Shown: positions 49,684-59,181 of the stretch, piece after piece | Layout: each line of letters starts with the position of its first letter | Position numbering within the stretch: the first letter of the stretch is position 1 | Origin: Minisyncoccia bacterium | Lineage (GTDB): Bacteria > Patescibacteriota > Minisyncoccia > Phycocordibacterales > JAKFXT01 | Length of the DNA stretch: 64,000 bases | Assembly: GCA_041485465.1 (NCBI GenBank) | Contig: JBGPJO010000004.1 | Location: 1 to 64,000 of the forward strand | Direction of reading: 5' to 3' | Translations under genes and position numbers: made by a program | Notes under the pieces: generated by a model | Databases searched by the model: none | Told to the model about the DNA's origin: nothing | Seen by the model: the letters and a program-made list of their open reading frames with translations, nothing else

Positions 49684-51549
49684 TTATTCCAAAACTGCCT
49701 TAATCCGCCGCACGCCAGATGAGACCGCCTCCTCTTTGATAATTTTAAATGTCCCTTTAAGTTCAGACGTGTTCGTGACATGCGGCCCGCCGCAGAATTC
49801 AACACTAAATTGATTACCGGAATCTCCAATTCTATAAATAGAAACTGTGCTCCCGTATTTTTCCCCAAAAAGCCCGATTGCGCCTTCGGCTCTTGCTTCT
49901 TCAAGAGAAACTTCCTCTTTATACACGGGAAGCGCTTCGGCAATTTTTTGATTAACCAACCGTTCGACTTTCTTTTTTTCTTCGTCGGTCATTTTCGCCG
50001 TGTGAGAAAAATCAAAGCGTAGCCGCTCCGGTGTGATATTGCTCCCCCGCTGAAGAACGTGATCCCCTAGCGTTGCTCTAAGAGCCTGGTGGAGGAGATG
50101 TGTTGCGGTATGGTATTCGACTTCTTTTTCAGAATGTCCGGCAAGTCCTCCTTTGAATTTTTTTTCCGCGGCGCCACGAGAAAGTTTCTGATGTTTTTCC
50201 ATTTCTTCCTCAAAAGCAGCACGATCCGCGACAAATCCTTTTTCTTCGGCAAGTTCTTCGGTTACTTCAAAAGGGAAACCGTATGTCTGATAGAGAAGAG
50301 CGGCTTGAGAACCAGAAATGACAGGCCCGGGAAGAAGATTGAACTCCTTTATTCCTTTCTCGAGCGTCGCTCTGAAACGAGTTTCTTCATCGTTTATTTC
50401 TTTAAGAATGATTTCTCTTCGTCCTTTGAGATCCGGGTATTCTTTTCCATAGCCTTCAATAAATGTTTCCCCGATTGTTCCAAGAAATCCGCTTTCGAAA
50501 CCAAGTTTCCTCCCGGAGGTGACAGAACGACGAATAAGGCGCCGGAGAACATAGCCCCGATCGGTATTTGATGGCGTTACACCGTCCCCGATTAAAAAAA
50601 CCGCCGCCCGAGAGTGGTCGAGAATAATTCGGGAGAGGCGGGTTGCCTCCGGCTCTTGTCCGTATCTTTTTGCCTTTTTTTCAAGAACCTGCCGAGCTCC
50701 TTTGAATAGATCAATTTCAAATAGATCGGAGTTATCGCCAGAGGCCATGGCAAACCGCTCAAGCCCGCCGCCAAAATCAACGTTGGGTGTTGGAAGCTTC
50801 TCGAACCCATCCGCCGTTTTAAGATACTCCATGAAAACACTATTGCCGATTTCAAGAAAACGCCCGCAATCGCAATTGACATGGCACGGAGAGTCTTTCC
50901 ATTCCGAATTTTCGTGAAATTTAAGTTCCTCTCCAAAATCCCAAAACATCTCCGAATCAGGCCCTCCCGGCTCCCCTTCCGGCATCTTCTCAGGTAACCC
51001 ACTGCGGCTCCACCAGTTTTTTTCTTCGGGGTAATAAAAGATTCGTGCTCCTGTTTTCATCCCTTCTTTCTCCGGAAAATTCTGAATACCGCTTGAGACC
51101 CCTTTCTCTTCAAAAAGTTTTTGCCAGATTTCAGCTGAGAGTTCATCTCTTTCTATGCCAAGACGTGAATTGCCCCTAAAACAAGTCACATAGAGGCGCT
51201 TTGGATCAAGATCTAACTTTTCAGTGAGAAATTCGAATATCCAGGGAATTTCTTCATGTTTGAAATAATCGCCAAAGGACCAGTTGCCGAGCATTTCAAA
51301 AAAAGTCGTGTGGCGATTGTTGCCCACTTCCCCGATATCCTGCGTACGGAAACATTTCTGCGAATCGGCAATACGCTTTCCAAGGGGGTGAGATATCCCC
51401 AAAAAATACCGGAGCATCGGCTGCATGCCGCTCCCGGTAAAAAGGGTCGTCGGATCGTTTTCAGGAATAAGCGAGGACGAAGGCATGATTGCGTGTCCGC
51501 GTTCCTTAAAAAATTCTAAATAGAGACGACGTATGCTGTCAGTAGTCAT
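49684..51549 (-). CDS. alaS: alanine--tRNA ligase (short form, no C-Ala domain)
   Basis: HTTFFEMLGNWSFGDYFK, HTATHLL, FCGGPH. Confidence 0.97.
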   Translation of the reverse strand: MTTDSIRRLYLEFFKERGHAIMPSSSLIPENDPTTLFTGSGMQPMLRYFLGISHPLGKRIADSQKCFRTQDIGEVGNNRHTTFFEMLGNWSFGDYFKHEEIPWIFEFLTEKLDLDPKRLYVTCFRGNSRLGIERDELSAEIWQKLFEEKGVSSGIQNFPEKEGMKTGARIFYYPEEKNWWSRSGLPEKMPEGEPGGPDSEMFWDFGEELKFHENSEWKDSPCHVNCDCGRFLEIGNSVFMEYLKTADGFEKLPTPNVDFGGGLERFAMASGDNSDLFEIDLFKGARQVLEKKAKRYGQEPEATRLSRIILDHSRAAVFLIGDGVTPSNTDRGYVLRRLIRRSVTSGRKLGFESGFLGTIGETFIEGYGKEYPDLKGRREIILKEINDEETRFRATLEKGIKEFNLLPGPVISGSQAALLYQTYGFPFEVTEELAEEKGFVADRAAFEEEMEKHQKLSRGAAEKKFKGGLAGHSEKEVEYHTATHLLHQALRATLGDHVLQRGSNITPERLRFDFSHTAKMTDEEKKKVERLVNQKIAEALPVYKEEVSLEEARAEGAIGLFGEKYGSTVSIYRIGDSGNQFSVEFCGGPHVTNTSELKGTFKIIKEEAVSSGVRRIKAVLE

Positions 51550-51608
51550 AAGATTATCCTAGCAGTTTCGTAAAGTTTTTTCATTGCTCTTGATATGGTA
51601 GGCTCTCA

Positions 51609-53588
51609 ATGACTATGCAAAAGAAAAAAATCTACTGGGGTTTTGATGTGCAGAGGATAGATAAAAGCATCCGCCCTCAGGATGATTTCTATCGGTATGC
51701 AAACGGAAACTGGATGAAACACGCCGAAATTCCCGCTGAAGAAGCGCGCTGGGGAAGCTTCACGATGCTCCGCTATGACACTGATAACCAGCTGAAAAAG
51801 ATACTCAAAGATTCGAGTGCTAAAAAATTGCTCAGATCGGGAAGCGGAGAGCGGATGGTTCGCGATTTGTATCTTTCGGGAATGAATATGAAGCTGCGTG
51901 AGAAGCTCGGTGCGAAACCCACTGAGAAACTGCGTGAAATCATAAACTCGATCAAGGATAGGAAGAGTCTCATTATCACCATCGCGGAGCTTGAAAAAAG
52001 CGGGATCTCTCTCCCATGGCATCTTCTCATAGACCAAGATTCAAAGAATAGCAAGAAATACGTTCTTCATATCTTCCAAGGAGGCCTCGGCATGCCAGAC
52101 AAAGAATACTATTTGAAAAATGATCCTGAGTTTAAGCGCGTACGAAACGCTTACCAAGTGTATATACTGAAATTGTTTTTCCTTCTCGGATATAGAGAGA
52201 ACGAGGCAAAGAAAAAAGTGACTACGGTGATGGATATTGAAACCCGCCTCGCAAGTCTGTCGATGAGTAAAGTAGACGCAAGAGACGCCGAGAAAACCTA
52301 CCACAAAAAAACATATCCGGAACTAAAGCGCTTTGCTCCCGAGATAGATTGGGGTTTCTATTTTAAAAAAGTTGGCATTCCGAGCGTCCCCTATGTCATT
52401 ATCGGCCAGCCGAACTTTTTAAAAGGTGCTGCAAAGCTCCTTTCTTCCGGTTCGATAGAAGATTGGAAAGTGTATCTTGAGTGGCATTTAATAAACAGCG
52501 GAGCATCACTTCTCTCGTCTCCATTTATCAAAGTCCAATTTGATTTCTATGGAAAGACACTCACGGGAAGCAAGAAAATGAAACCTCTCTGGAGAAGGGC
52601 GCTTGGCGCGGTGAATGCCGGGCTTGGCGAGACACTCGGAAAAATCTATGTTGACAAACATTTCCCGCCCCAGGCCAAGAAAAAAATGAATGAACTCGTC
52701 GATGATTTGTTTATTGCCTACGCTCGGCGGATTAAAAGACTCGACTGGATGAGCTTACCGACAAAAAAGCACGCGCTAGCAAAACTTAAAATGATGCGCC
52801 GTAAGATTGGTTACCCTAAACGCTGGAAGAGTTATTCTGGGCTTCGCATCTCTCGAAACGACTACTTTGGAAATATGTTGCGGGCAAGCGAGTTTGAACA
52901 TCGTCGCGCGATAAAGAAGTTGAGCAAACCCATTGACCTTGATGAGTGGCACATGAGTCCGCAAACAGTAAATGCGTATTTTAGCCCAACAATGAACGAC
53001 ATCGTTTTCCCCGCCGCAATTCTCCAGCCGCCGTTCTTTGACTTTGGTGCAGATGATGCAATTAACTACGGAGCAATCGGTGCAATTATTGGACACGAAA
53101 TAACTCATGGTTTTGACGATCAGGGATCAAAATTTGATGGTCATGGAAATATGAAAAACTGGTGGAAAAAAAATGACCGTAGACATTTTGAAAAGAAGAG
53201 TAAGTCTATCGTGAGACAGTATGATAGGTATACCGTCGCCGACAACATTCATGTGAATGGAAAACTTACACTTGGTGAGAATACTGCCGATCTCGGTGGT
53301 CTTGTTATCGCACTTGATGCATATAAAGAGCGACTTAAGAAAACTGGAAGAAAAAAAATTGCTGGATTTACTCCCGAGGAACGTTTCTTCCTTGGCGCGG
53401 CACAGGCTGAGTGCGAATTAAGGAGAGACGAATACAATAAAACTGCAGTATTGACTGACCCCCACTCACCCCCTGAATTCCGTGTAAACGGCCCTATTCT
53501 AAATATTCCGGAATTTTATAGTGTTTTTAAAGTAAAAAAAGGAGATAAACTTTACCTCATAGAAAAAAAGCGCGCGCGAATCTGGTAG
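51609..53588 (+). CDS. M13 family metallopeptidase (PepO-like)
   Basis: DDFYRYANG, VNAYF, HEITH, ENTAD, DPHSP. Confidence 0.95.
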   Translation: MTMQKKKIYWGFDVQRIDKSIRPQDDFYRYANGNWMKHAEIPAEEARWGSFTMLRYDTDNQLKKILKDSSAKKLLRSGSGERMVRDLYLSGMNMKLREKLGAKPTEKLREIINSIKDRKSLIITIAELEKSGISLPWHLLIDQDSKNSKKYVLHIFQGGLGMPDKEYYLKNDPEFKRVRNAYQVYILKLFFLLGYRENEAKKKVTTVMDIETRLASLSMSKVDARDAEKTYHKKTYPELKRFAPEIDWGFYFKKVGIPSVPYVIIGQPNFLKGAAKLLSSGSIEDWKVYLEWHLINSGASLLSSPFIKVQFDFYGKTLTGSKKMKPLWRRALGAVNAGLGETLGKIYVDKHFPPQAKKKMNELVDDLFIAYARRIKRLDWMSLPTKKHALAKLKMMRRKIGYPKRWKSYSGLRISRNDYFGNMLRASEFEHRRAIKKLSKPIDLDEWHMSPQTVNAYFSPTMNDIVFPAAILQPPFFDFGADDAINYGAIGAIIGHEITHGFDDQGSKFDGHGNMKNWWKKNDRRHFEKKSKSIVRQYDRYTVADNIHVNGKLTLGENTADLGGLVIALDAYKERLKKTGRKKIAGFTPEERFFLGAAQAECELRRDEYNKTAVLTDPHSPPEFRVNGPILNIPEFYSVFKVKKGDKLYLIEKKRARIW

Positions 53589-53665
53589 TGATAACTATTT
53601 AAATAAAAAGAGCTCGTAATTTTTAGCGGTTATTGCCATCAGCGTCAAGAATCAGAGCTTCCTTA

Positions 53666-54280
53666 CTATTGATATTTTTTAAGGATTTTAAAATCTTCGA
53701 AAAGGGTTTCTTTGGTCGAAGCATTGTAAACCGCAACCGCCGGATGATAGAGCGGTACGATCGTCACCTCTCCCCACTTCGTCTCCCCGAGAAATGCCTG
53801 ACCATGCATGGAGCTTATGGGACGGAGAATGTCTTTCAACCCGAATTTTTCCATGATGTAGACCATTGAGTAGCGACCGAGTGTCGCGATAACTTTTGGA
53901 CGAATGATATCAATCTGTCGATCAAGAAACGGCCCGTAAAGAGCGATTTCTTCAGGCGTCGGGTCTCTGTTTTCGGGCGGGCGGTCTTTAACTATGTTCG
54001 TAACATAAACGGAATCCCGAGCAACAGAAATTGAGGCGAGGAGTTCATCAAGCACTTTCCCCGACCGACCGCAAAAAGGTTTTCCTGTTTTTGCTTCGTT
54101 TAATCCGGGCGCTTCACCGATAAACATGATTGTCGCATCGTGACTTCCTTCGCCGATAACTGGATAAAAATTGTTTTCTTTCCGGTGTTTATAGAGCGGT
54201 GATTCTTTAAGCGCAACGATTTCATCGCGAATCGCTTTCATCTGCTTGTATTTTTCGCCTTTTTCGGGAGAATTCACCAT
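53666..54280 (-). CDS. uracil-DNA glycosylase family 4
   Basis: GEAPG..E...GKPF, TNIVK.RPP.NR.P, YHPA. Confidence 0.93.
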   Translation of the reverse strand: MVNSPEKGEKYKQMKAIRDEIVALKESPLYKHRKENNFYPVIGEGSHDATIMFIGEAPGLNEAKTGKPFCGRSGKVLDELLASISVARDSVYVTNIVKDRPPENRDPTPEEIALYGPFLDRQIDIIRPKVIATLGRYSMVYIMEKFGLKDILRPISSMHGQAFLGETKWGEVTIVPLYHPAVAVYNASTKETLFEDFKILKKYQ

Positions 54281-54300
54281 AAGAGATATTATATACAAAG

Positions 54301-54331
54301 AAAAAGGCCCCGCATCCGAAGATGCGGGGCC
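54301..54331 (-). terminator. GC-rich hairpin with UUCG loop (terminator; possible DGR homing hairpin)
   Basis: Minus strand GGCCCCGCATC-TTCG-GATGCGGGGCC-TTTTT, 18 nt past the stop codon. Confidence 0.8.
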
Positions 54332-54349
54332 CAAACGAAAGGTCAGAGT

Positions 54350-54940
54350 TCAACTTGCACGCAGAGCCGCTGGGTGGTTCCAGCTCCAGTCGTCGTTGAG
54401 GAAGAGCCCGAGCGAGCGCCATTCGACGCCGTTCCAAAAGAGGCAACGGACGCAGAGGCTGCCGCCGGAGTTGCGGTAGATCGTGCCCCAGAAGAAGATG
54501 TAGCGGGTATTGCCCTTCTCATTCTTCTTCCAGTCCTCGGGGATGAGGTTGGGGTTCTTGAGCAGGTAGTCGAGAACATTGGCGTTCAGGACCGGCTTGC
54601 CCGAGAGCTCCTTACGGAGCTTGTTGCCCTCAGTGCATTCGCCATTCTGCTGGTCGGAGTCGAGGTAAAACTTCACCGAAGTAGCGGACCAGTCGAACTG
54701 GCCGCCCTTCTGGTGTTTCTCGATCTTCCAGCCGTCCGGCAGATATGGCTCGGCGTCGCAGTCGATCATGTGTTCGACCGTCTGAACGGAAGCATGGCCG
54801 AGGAGGACTTGGTGGAACTGGCGCATCTTTTCCTCGCTCTTGGCGAGAACGCCAAGTTCATCAGGAGTAAATCCTGCTTTATGGGCTGTGATGCAGAGTT
54901 CGTGGGCAAGACCCACACTGAAGTCGGACATATTGCTCAT
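54350..54940 (-). CDS. hypothetical protein resembling a CPR DGR target (C-terminal variable-region-like segment)
   Basis: IDCDA.P..P.GW, NANVLDYLL..P..IPE.WK, FFWGTIYR...VR.L.W...W......L...W....PAA; GC-rich codons. Confidence 0.7.
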   Translation of the reverse strand: MSNMSDFSVGLAHELCITAHKAGFTPDELGVLAKSEEKMRQFHQVLLGHASVQTVEHMIDCDAEPYLPDGWKIEKHQKGGQFDWSATSVKFYLDSDQQNGECTEGNKLRKELSGKPVLNANVLDYLLKNPNLIPEDWKKNEKGNTRYIFFWGTIYRNSGGSLCVRCLFWNGVEWRSLGLFLNDDWSWNHPAALRAS

Positions 54941-55016
54941 GCAACTCATCCTTCTATTTGCGACACATCCCAAATTTGGGACTCATCGCGTGCCAGTGGG
55001 CTCTCTCGGGTGAGAG

Positions 55017-55069
55017 TTTGCCATAGCAGAGAAAGGCCCGAGCTTTGAGCCACTCTCTGCTATGGCAAA
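55017..55069 (-). promoter_or_regulatory. 16-bp perfect inverted repeat in the 5' leader
   Basis: TTTGCCATAGCAGAGA ... TCTCTGCTATGGCAAA. Confidence 0.7.
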
Positions 55070-55083
55070 TGAAAATCTAGTAT

Positions 55084-55129
55084 CAAAGAACTTTCTTTAA
55101 TTATACCATGTAAAGTGGCAATCTGTCAA
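55084..55129 (-). promoter_or_regulatory. sigma70 promoter with palindrome at the start site
   Basis: Minus strand TTGACA-18 nt-TATAAT (TGn extended), then T-AAAGA-AAGT-TCTTT. Confidence 0.8.
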
Positions 55130-55147
55130 GTAAAATTGCCTTTGAAT

Positions 55148-55420
55148 TTAAATCGCCTTTTCGCGCCTAAGTAGAGCGATTTTTCTTCTGACTCCGCGAT
55201 TGTAGCCTCCCATTCCCCCATCACTTCGGATAACGCGATGGCAGGGAATTTTTGGGTCATAGTTCGTTGAGAGGACGCTACCGACAGCGCGGGATGCGCG
55301 CGGGTTTCCCGCGCGCCCTGCTACTTGACTGTAGGTCAAAGTCTTCCCTCTCGGAATTTTACTGACAATATTAAAAACTCTCTCCGAAAATGTTTGATTG
55401 CCCCGCTTTTTCTTTTTCAT
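55148..55420 (-). CDS. MGMT family protein (O6-methylguanine methyltransferase C-terminal domain)
   Basis: IPRG...TY..VA, RAVG, IPCHRV. Confidence 0.92.
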   Translation of the reverse strand: MKKKKRGNQTFSERVFNIVSKIPRGKTLTYSQVAGRAGNPRASRAVGSVLSTNYDPKIPCHRVIRSDGGMGGYNRGVRRKIALLRREKAI

Positions 55421-56216
55421 GTGATTCTTTATTAATTTTTTTTAATTTTTGCGGTTTTGTGTTTTTAATCGCGGCCTCGGCTGCAAATTTTCGGTAGGCG
55501 CAATAAGCACAATCCGGATGGGGCACGGGAAGTATTTGTGATCCAAGACATTTCTTTATTTTAAGGATTGTCGGCTCTATCCAATCGGTATTCCCTTCAC
55601 AAGGAATGATGGACATATCAAATTCGAGCTTGCCATCAAATTTCAGAGCGTCTTTTTTACCGTTCACGAAAACAAAATAAGCGGTAGTAGAAACCCTAAA
55701 ACCATTTTTGCGAAACAACCACTGATAGACCTCGGCTTGTCGTTGGTATTGCTTTCCCAAATCGCCATCGAGGGTTATTTGATCTCGTGTGGCTTTTGCT
55801 TTGTAATCAACAATGAGAAGTTCGCCGTTAGGCCGAACCCAGACATCATCAATACCGCCGCGTATTGAAAGATTGGTGCGTGGGTCAAGGTATTCAATGC
55901 CACGCCTCATTGCATCCCGCCATATTTCTAGATCTTTATGTTTAAAGGGCACAGCATCGATGTGATACTGCTCCATAATCGGGTGGGGATCCTGACTCTC
56001 GCGAAGTAGGTCAAATTCCTTTTTAAGCAGTTCGTCAACAGCTAGGTTAAGTGTGAGCGGATACGTATCAGGACGCTTGATGCCGAGGTGCTGATCGAGA
56101 TAGAAACAACGGGGACATTCGAGAAATAAATCTATTTTTGAGCGGGAGATACGAAATGGTTTCGTTTCTTTCGGGTCGAAGTTTCCCCTTCCGCGCTTTG
56201 CGTACAGAAATGCCAT
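55371..56216 (-). CDS. PD-(D/E)XK nuclease family protein (Cas4/RecB-like)
   Basis: SRSK...CPRC, GGIDD, IVDYK, Q...Y, CAYC. Confidence 0.85.
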   Translation of the reverse strand: MAFLYAKRGRGNFDPKETKPFRISRSKIDLFLECPRCFYLDQHLGIKRPDTYPLTLNLAVDELLKKEFDLLRESQDPHPIMEQYHIDAVPFKHKDLEIWRDAMRRGIEYLDPRTNLSIRGGIDDVWVRPNGELLIVDYKAKATRDQITLDGDLGKQYQRQAEVYQWLFRKNGFRVSTTAYFVFVNGKKDALKFDGKLEFDMSIIPCEGNTDWIEPTILKIKKCLGSQILPVPHPDCAYCAYRKFAAEAAIKNTKPQKLKKINKESHEKEKAGQSNIFGESF

Positions 56217-56263
56217 GTAGGCAGTATACTCCGCTTTTTATTAGGGCGGCAAATTAATCCGCG

Positions 56264-56731
56264 TTAGTCGCGCGCGTTTTCGTTTGAGAGTTTACGTATT
56301 CCCTCTTCAAGTTTCCAGAGGATGGTAAAGGTTATGAGCGTAAGAATCGTCGCAAAAATTGCAAGGGTAGTGAGACCGAAGCCAACCGTTATTCCAATTG
56401 ACGCGGCAACCCACATTCCGGCTGAGCTAGTTAAGCCCACGAGTTTTTCGTCCGTAAATATAATAAGTCCACCGCAGATAAAGCCTATGCCAGTAATGAT
56501 ACCGCCAGCGACGCTCAAAGGATTGAATCCTGTGTTAAAGGAGTACTGACTGAAAACAATAGAACTCACCATCACTAAAAGACATGAGCCCATCGACACC
56601 AGGGCATACGTTCGCATTCCCGCCATTTTACCCGCGATAGTCCGCTCAAACCCAAGAGCAAGACCCAAAAGAAGCGCCAAGAGAAGTTTCCCAAAAAGAA
56701 GCATGTCGCCGTTTAAAAGAAAATCTTCCAT
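56264..56731 (-). CDS. MgtC/SapB family protein
   Basis: GFER...AGMRTY, GIGFICGG, GLTSSA..W. Confidence 0.92.
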   Translation of the reverse strand: MEDFLLNGDMLLFGKLLLALLLGLALGFERTIAGKMAGMRTYALVSMGSCLLVMVSSIVFSQYSFNTGFNPLSVAGGIITGIGFICGGLIIFTDEKLVGLTSSAGMWVAASIGITVGFGLTTLAIFATILTLITFTILWKLEEGIRKLSNENARD

Positions 56732-56780
56732 GTTATTAGATGATACGTTTAAAAATGCGGATTGAGAAGCATGTAATCCC

Positions 56781-57623
56781 CTAAAAACTAGACTGGCAAA
56801 GATTTCTTCCCTCTGCAAGCACCGCTTCAAGTTTGGCGCCTTTGATACCGGCTTCAATAAGCAATTTTTTATTTTCTTCCATGTTCTTGCAGAGCACGAC
56901 ACCGCGCTCCATAAGCGTCGCTTTTTCCTGTCGCGAGAGGGACGGAAGCGCGGTAATGGGGTGGAGCTTTGCCTCTTCTATCAAATCCTGAAGATTACCG
57001 TATCGCGGATAGGTCCAGGAAATAATTTTGAGTCCCTTGCAGTTGGCGTAGGCAACAGCGCTCTTGGTGAATTTAGTATTAGTAATAAGCCAGCATTCAT
57101 CGATCTTACGTTCTCCCCGCTCGGCCCGGTACTTTTGAAGATCTTCGAACCGCGCCTGAACGTAGAGCGCGACTTTAAGATCGCTTTTGACGGCGAGTTC
57201 GTTATGAAATTTCGCTTCACCAATAATAAATTTACGCTCGTTATAGGCAAGGAGATCAACCTCGTGCTCGACGCAGGAACCCTGCATCATAATACCGGTT
57301 TGGACGGTGAAGCCTTTAGCCTTAAAAATCTCACCGATAAAATCTTCAAACGGAAAGCCGGAGGGACCGAGTTCAAGCACTGCCCTTTTCATCGAGTAAC
57401 GTGCCGCAACCGGCCTTTCAATACGACGCAAAAGCGAAAAAGCTTTGCGGTAAATCTCCGAGGTCGACATGCCGGGCTCAAGTTCGCTCTTCACATGCGA
57501 AACCACTTCATCAATAATCCGATCAGATGCGCCGGCGCGCTGGAGTGAAAAGATAAGTTTCCCCGGATCAAAGACCTCCCGCTCACCATTTTCCTTCGTA
57601 ACAAGAATCGTGCGTTTGACCAT
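56781..57623 (-). CDS. ATP-cone plus restriction endonuclease-like (Mrr-type) protein
   Basis: VTKENG.RE.FD..K ATP cone; GFPFE, HEVD, EAKFH. Confidence 0.85.
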   Translation of the reverse strand: MVKRTILVTKENGEREVFDPGKLIFSLQRAGASDRIIDEVVSHVKSELEPGMSTSEIYRKAFSLLRRIERPVAARYSMKRAVLELGPSGFPFEDFIGEIFKAKGFTVQTGIMMQGSCVEHEVDLLAYNERKFIIGEAKFHNELAVKSDLKVALYVQARFEDLQKYRAERGERKIDECWLITNTKFTKSAVAYANCKGLKIISWTYPRYGNLQDLIEEAKLHPITALPSLSRQEKATLMERGVVLCKNMEENKKLLIEAGIKGAKLEAVLAEGRNLCQSSF

Positions 57624-57624
57624 G

Positions 57625-58062
57625 TTAAATTTCTACTGTTTCGAGATTGACTGTTGGGGAAGCCTCTTTGACTTTAAACAAGACCCGAACGCCGTTTAAG
57701 TATGCCGTGACAACCGCCTCAGCGCTTGCCCGAAATGATACCTTGAATTTTTTCGCCGTCACAACTTGAGCGCAAATCTTTTCCGGATCATGGGTCTCAA
57801 TCCGGATATCGACTTGTTCAGGATAGGATTCTTTAACGATAGCGTTTCCGGAGACGGTATAACAGGGAGTGGGCGTTTCTATAATACCAACATATGTGTG
57901 CACGCCGTTTGAAAACTGATGGAGAGTCGAAACAGAGGTTGTGACGAGGTTGGAGGATGGCTCTTCTTGGTGGAGATATTTCGGAAAAATAAAAAGAATA
58001 AGCGCCACGGCAAGAATAAAAATGACAAGGGCAAGGAAGGCTTTCATCCGTGGTTCATTCAT
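57625..58062 (-). CDS. hypothetical exported protein
   Basis: N-terminal TM; PTPCY and CAQVVT motifs. Confidence 0.75.
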   Translation of the reverse strand: MNEPRMKAFLALVIFILAVALILFIFPKYLHQEEPSSNLVTTSVSTLHQFSNGVHTYVGIIETPTPCYTVSGNAIVKESYPEQVDIRIETHDPEKICAQVVTAKKFKVSFRASAEAVVTAYLNGVRVLFKVKEASPTVNLETVEI

Positions 58063-58069
58063 TTTTTAA

Positions 58070-59164
58070 TTATACTATGACACCGCCGCCCAGACACACA
58101 TTTTTGTCGAAAAGAACAAGTGACTGGCCGGGCGGCGCGATAAGGGGTTCGAGAAGTTCTATTTCCAATTCTTTCTTCTCCTTGTCATAGCTCCTTATCT
58201 TACTTTTGGCTTTAGGGCCATGATAACGACTCTCCGCTTCATATGAAAATTCTTGCCGAGGAGGGTCCTTGGCAATAAAATTTATATTTTTAAGCCTGAG
58301 AACACCTGGACTTTTCTTCACTTTGAAAGAATTCAAAGAATGGGAAACGGTGATTGAATTATTTTCAATATTTTTTGCGACAACATAGTAGGCTCTTTCA
58401 TGGGGTGTCTTTTTTGTAACAGTAAATCCATGCCGCTCGCCAAGCGTCAGGAAAATCGCCCCATCATGAAAGCCGATTACCTTCCCCTCCTTGTTTAAGA
58501 CGTCTCCCTGGGAGCTTTGAAGAAAATGCTTCAGAAAATCTTTCATGTCGACGTTGCTGATAAAACAGAGCCCCTGACTGTCTTTTTTCGAGGCGGTACT
58601 TAGACCCGCTTTTTCGGCGATTTTTCTTACCGTAACTTTTTTGAGATGCCCGACGGGGAAAAGGGTCTGTTTTAAAATATCCTGGGAGAGCGTCCACAGG
58701 AAATAACTCTGGTCTTTTGAAGCGTCCAAACTTCTTCGGAGCTCATAGCACCCCGCTTTCTTATTAAAAATATTTTCAGCGTAGTGCCCGGTAGCGATAT
58801 AATCCGCCCCCTGCTTTTTCGCCCATAAAAAAAATGCCCCGAATTTCACCTCTTTATTGCACATCACGTCCGGGTTCGGCGTCCTCCCCGTTTTATATTC
58901 GGCAAGCATGTAGTCAATAACCCCCTTTTTATATTCTTCCTCAAGATCAAGAGTCACAAAGGGTATATGAAGATGCGCAGATACCCGCATAGCGTCGAGA
59001 CGATCTTCTTCAAACGTGCAATTGACGAAATCCGGCTGCCAGACCTTTATAAAGACGCCAGTGACGTCGTACCCTTGCCCTTTCAGGAGATACGCCGAGA
59101 CGGATGAGTCAACACCGCCCGAGAGACCAACAAAGACTTTTTTACCCAAAGTTTTCATGGGCAT
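58070..59164 (-). CDS. mnmA: tRNA 2-thiouridylase MnmA
   Basis: SGGVDS, TPNPDVMCN, ATGHYA, KDQSYFL, PGQ. Confidence 0.97.
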   Translation of the reverse strand: MPMKTLGKKVFVGLSGGVDSSVSAYLLKGQGYDVTGVFIKVWQPDFVNCTFEEDRLDAMRVSAHLHIPFVTLDLEEEYKKGVIDYMLAEYKTGRTPNPDVMCNKEVKFGAFFLWAKKQGADYIATGHYAENIFNKKAGCYELRRSLDASKDQSYFLWTLSQDILKQTLFPVGHLKKVTVRKIAEKAGLSTASKKDSQGLCFISNVDMKDFLKHFLQSSQGDVLNKEGKVIGFHDGAIFLTLGERHGFTVTKKTPHERAYYVVAKNIENNSITVSHSLNSFKVKKSPGVLRLKNINFIAKDPPRQEFSYEAESRYHGPKAKSKIRSYDKEKKELEIELLEPLIAPPGQSLVLFDKNVCLGGGVIV

Positions 59165-59181
59165 GTTTTACCACACGCGCT

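Noticed and set aside
54374-55048. 224-aa plus-strand ORF
   Set aside because: Antisense shadow of the GC3-rich minus-strand gene. The promoter, SD and terminator all support the minus strand.
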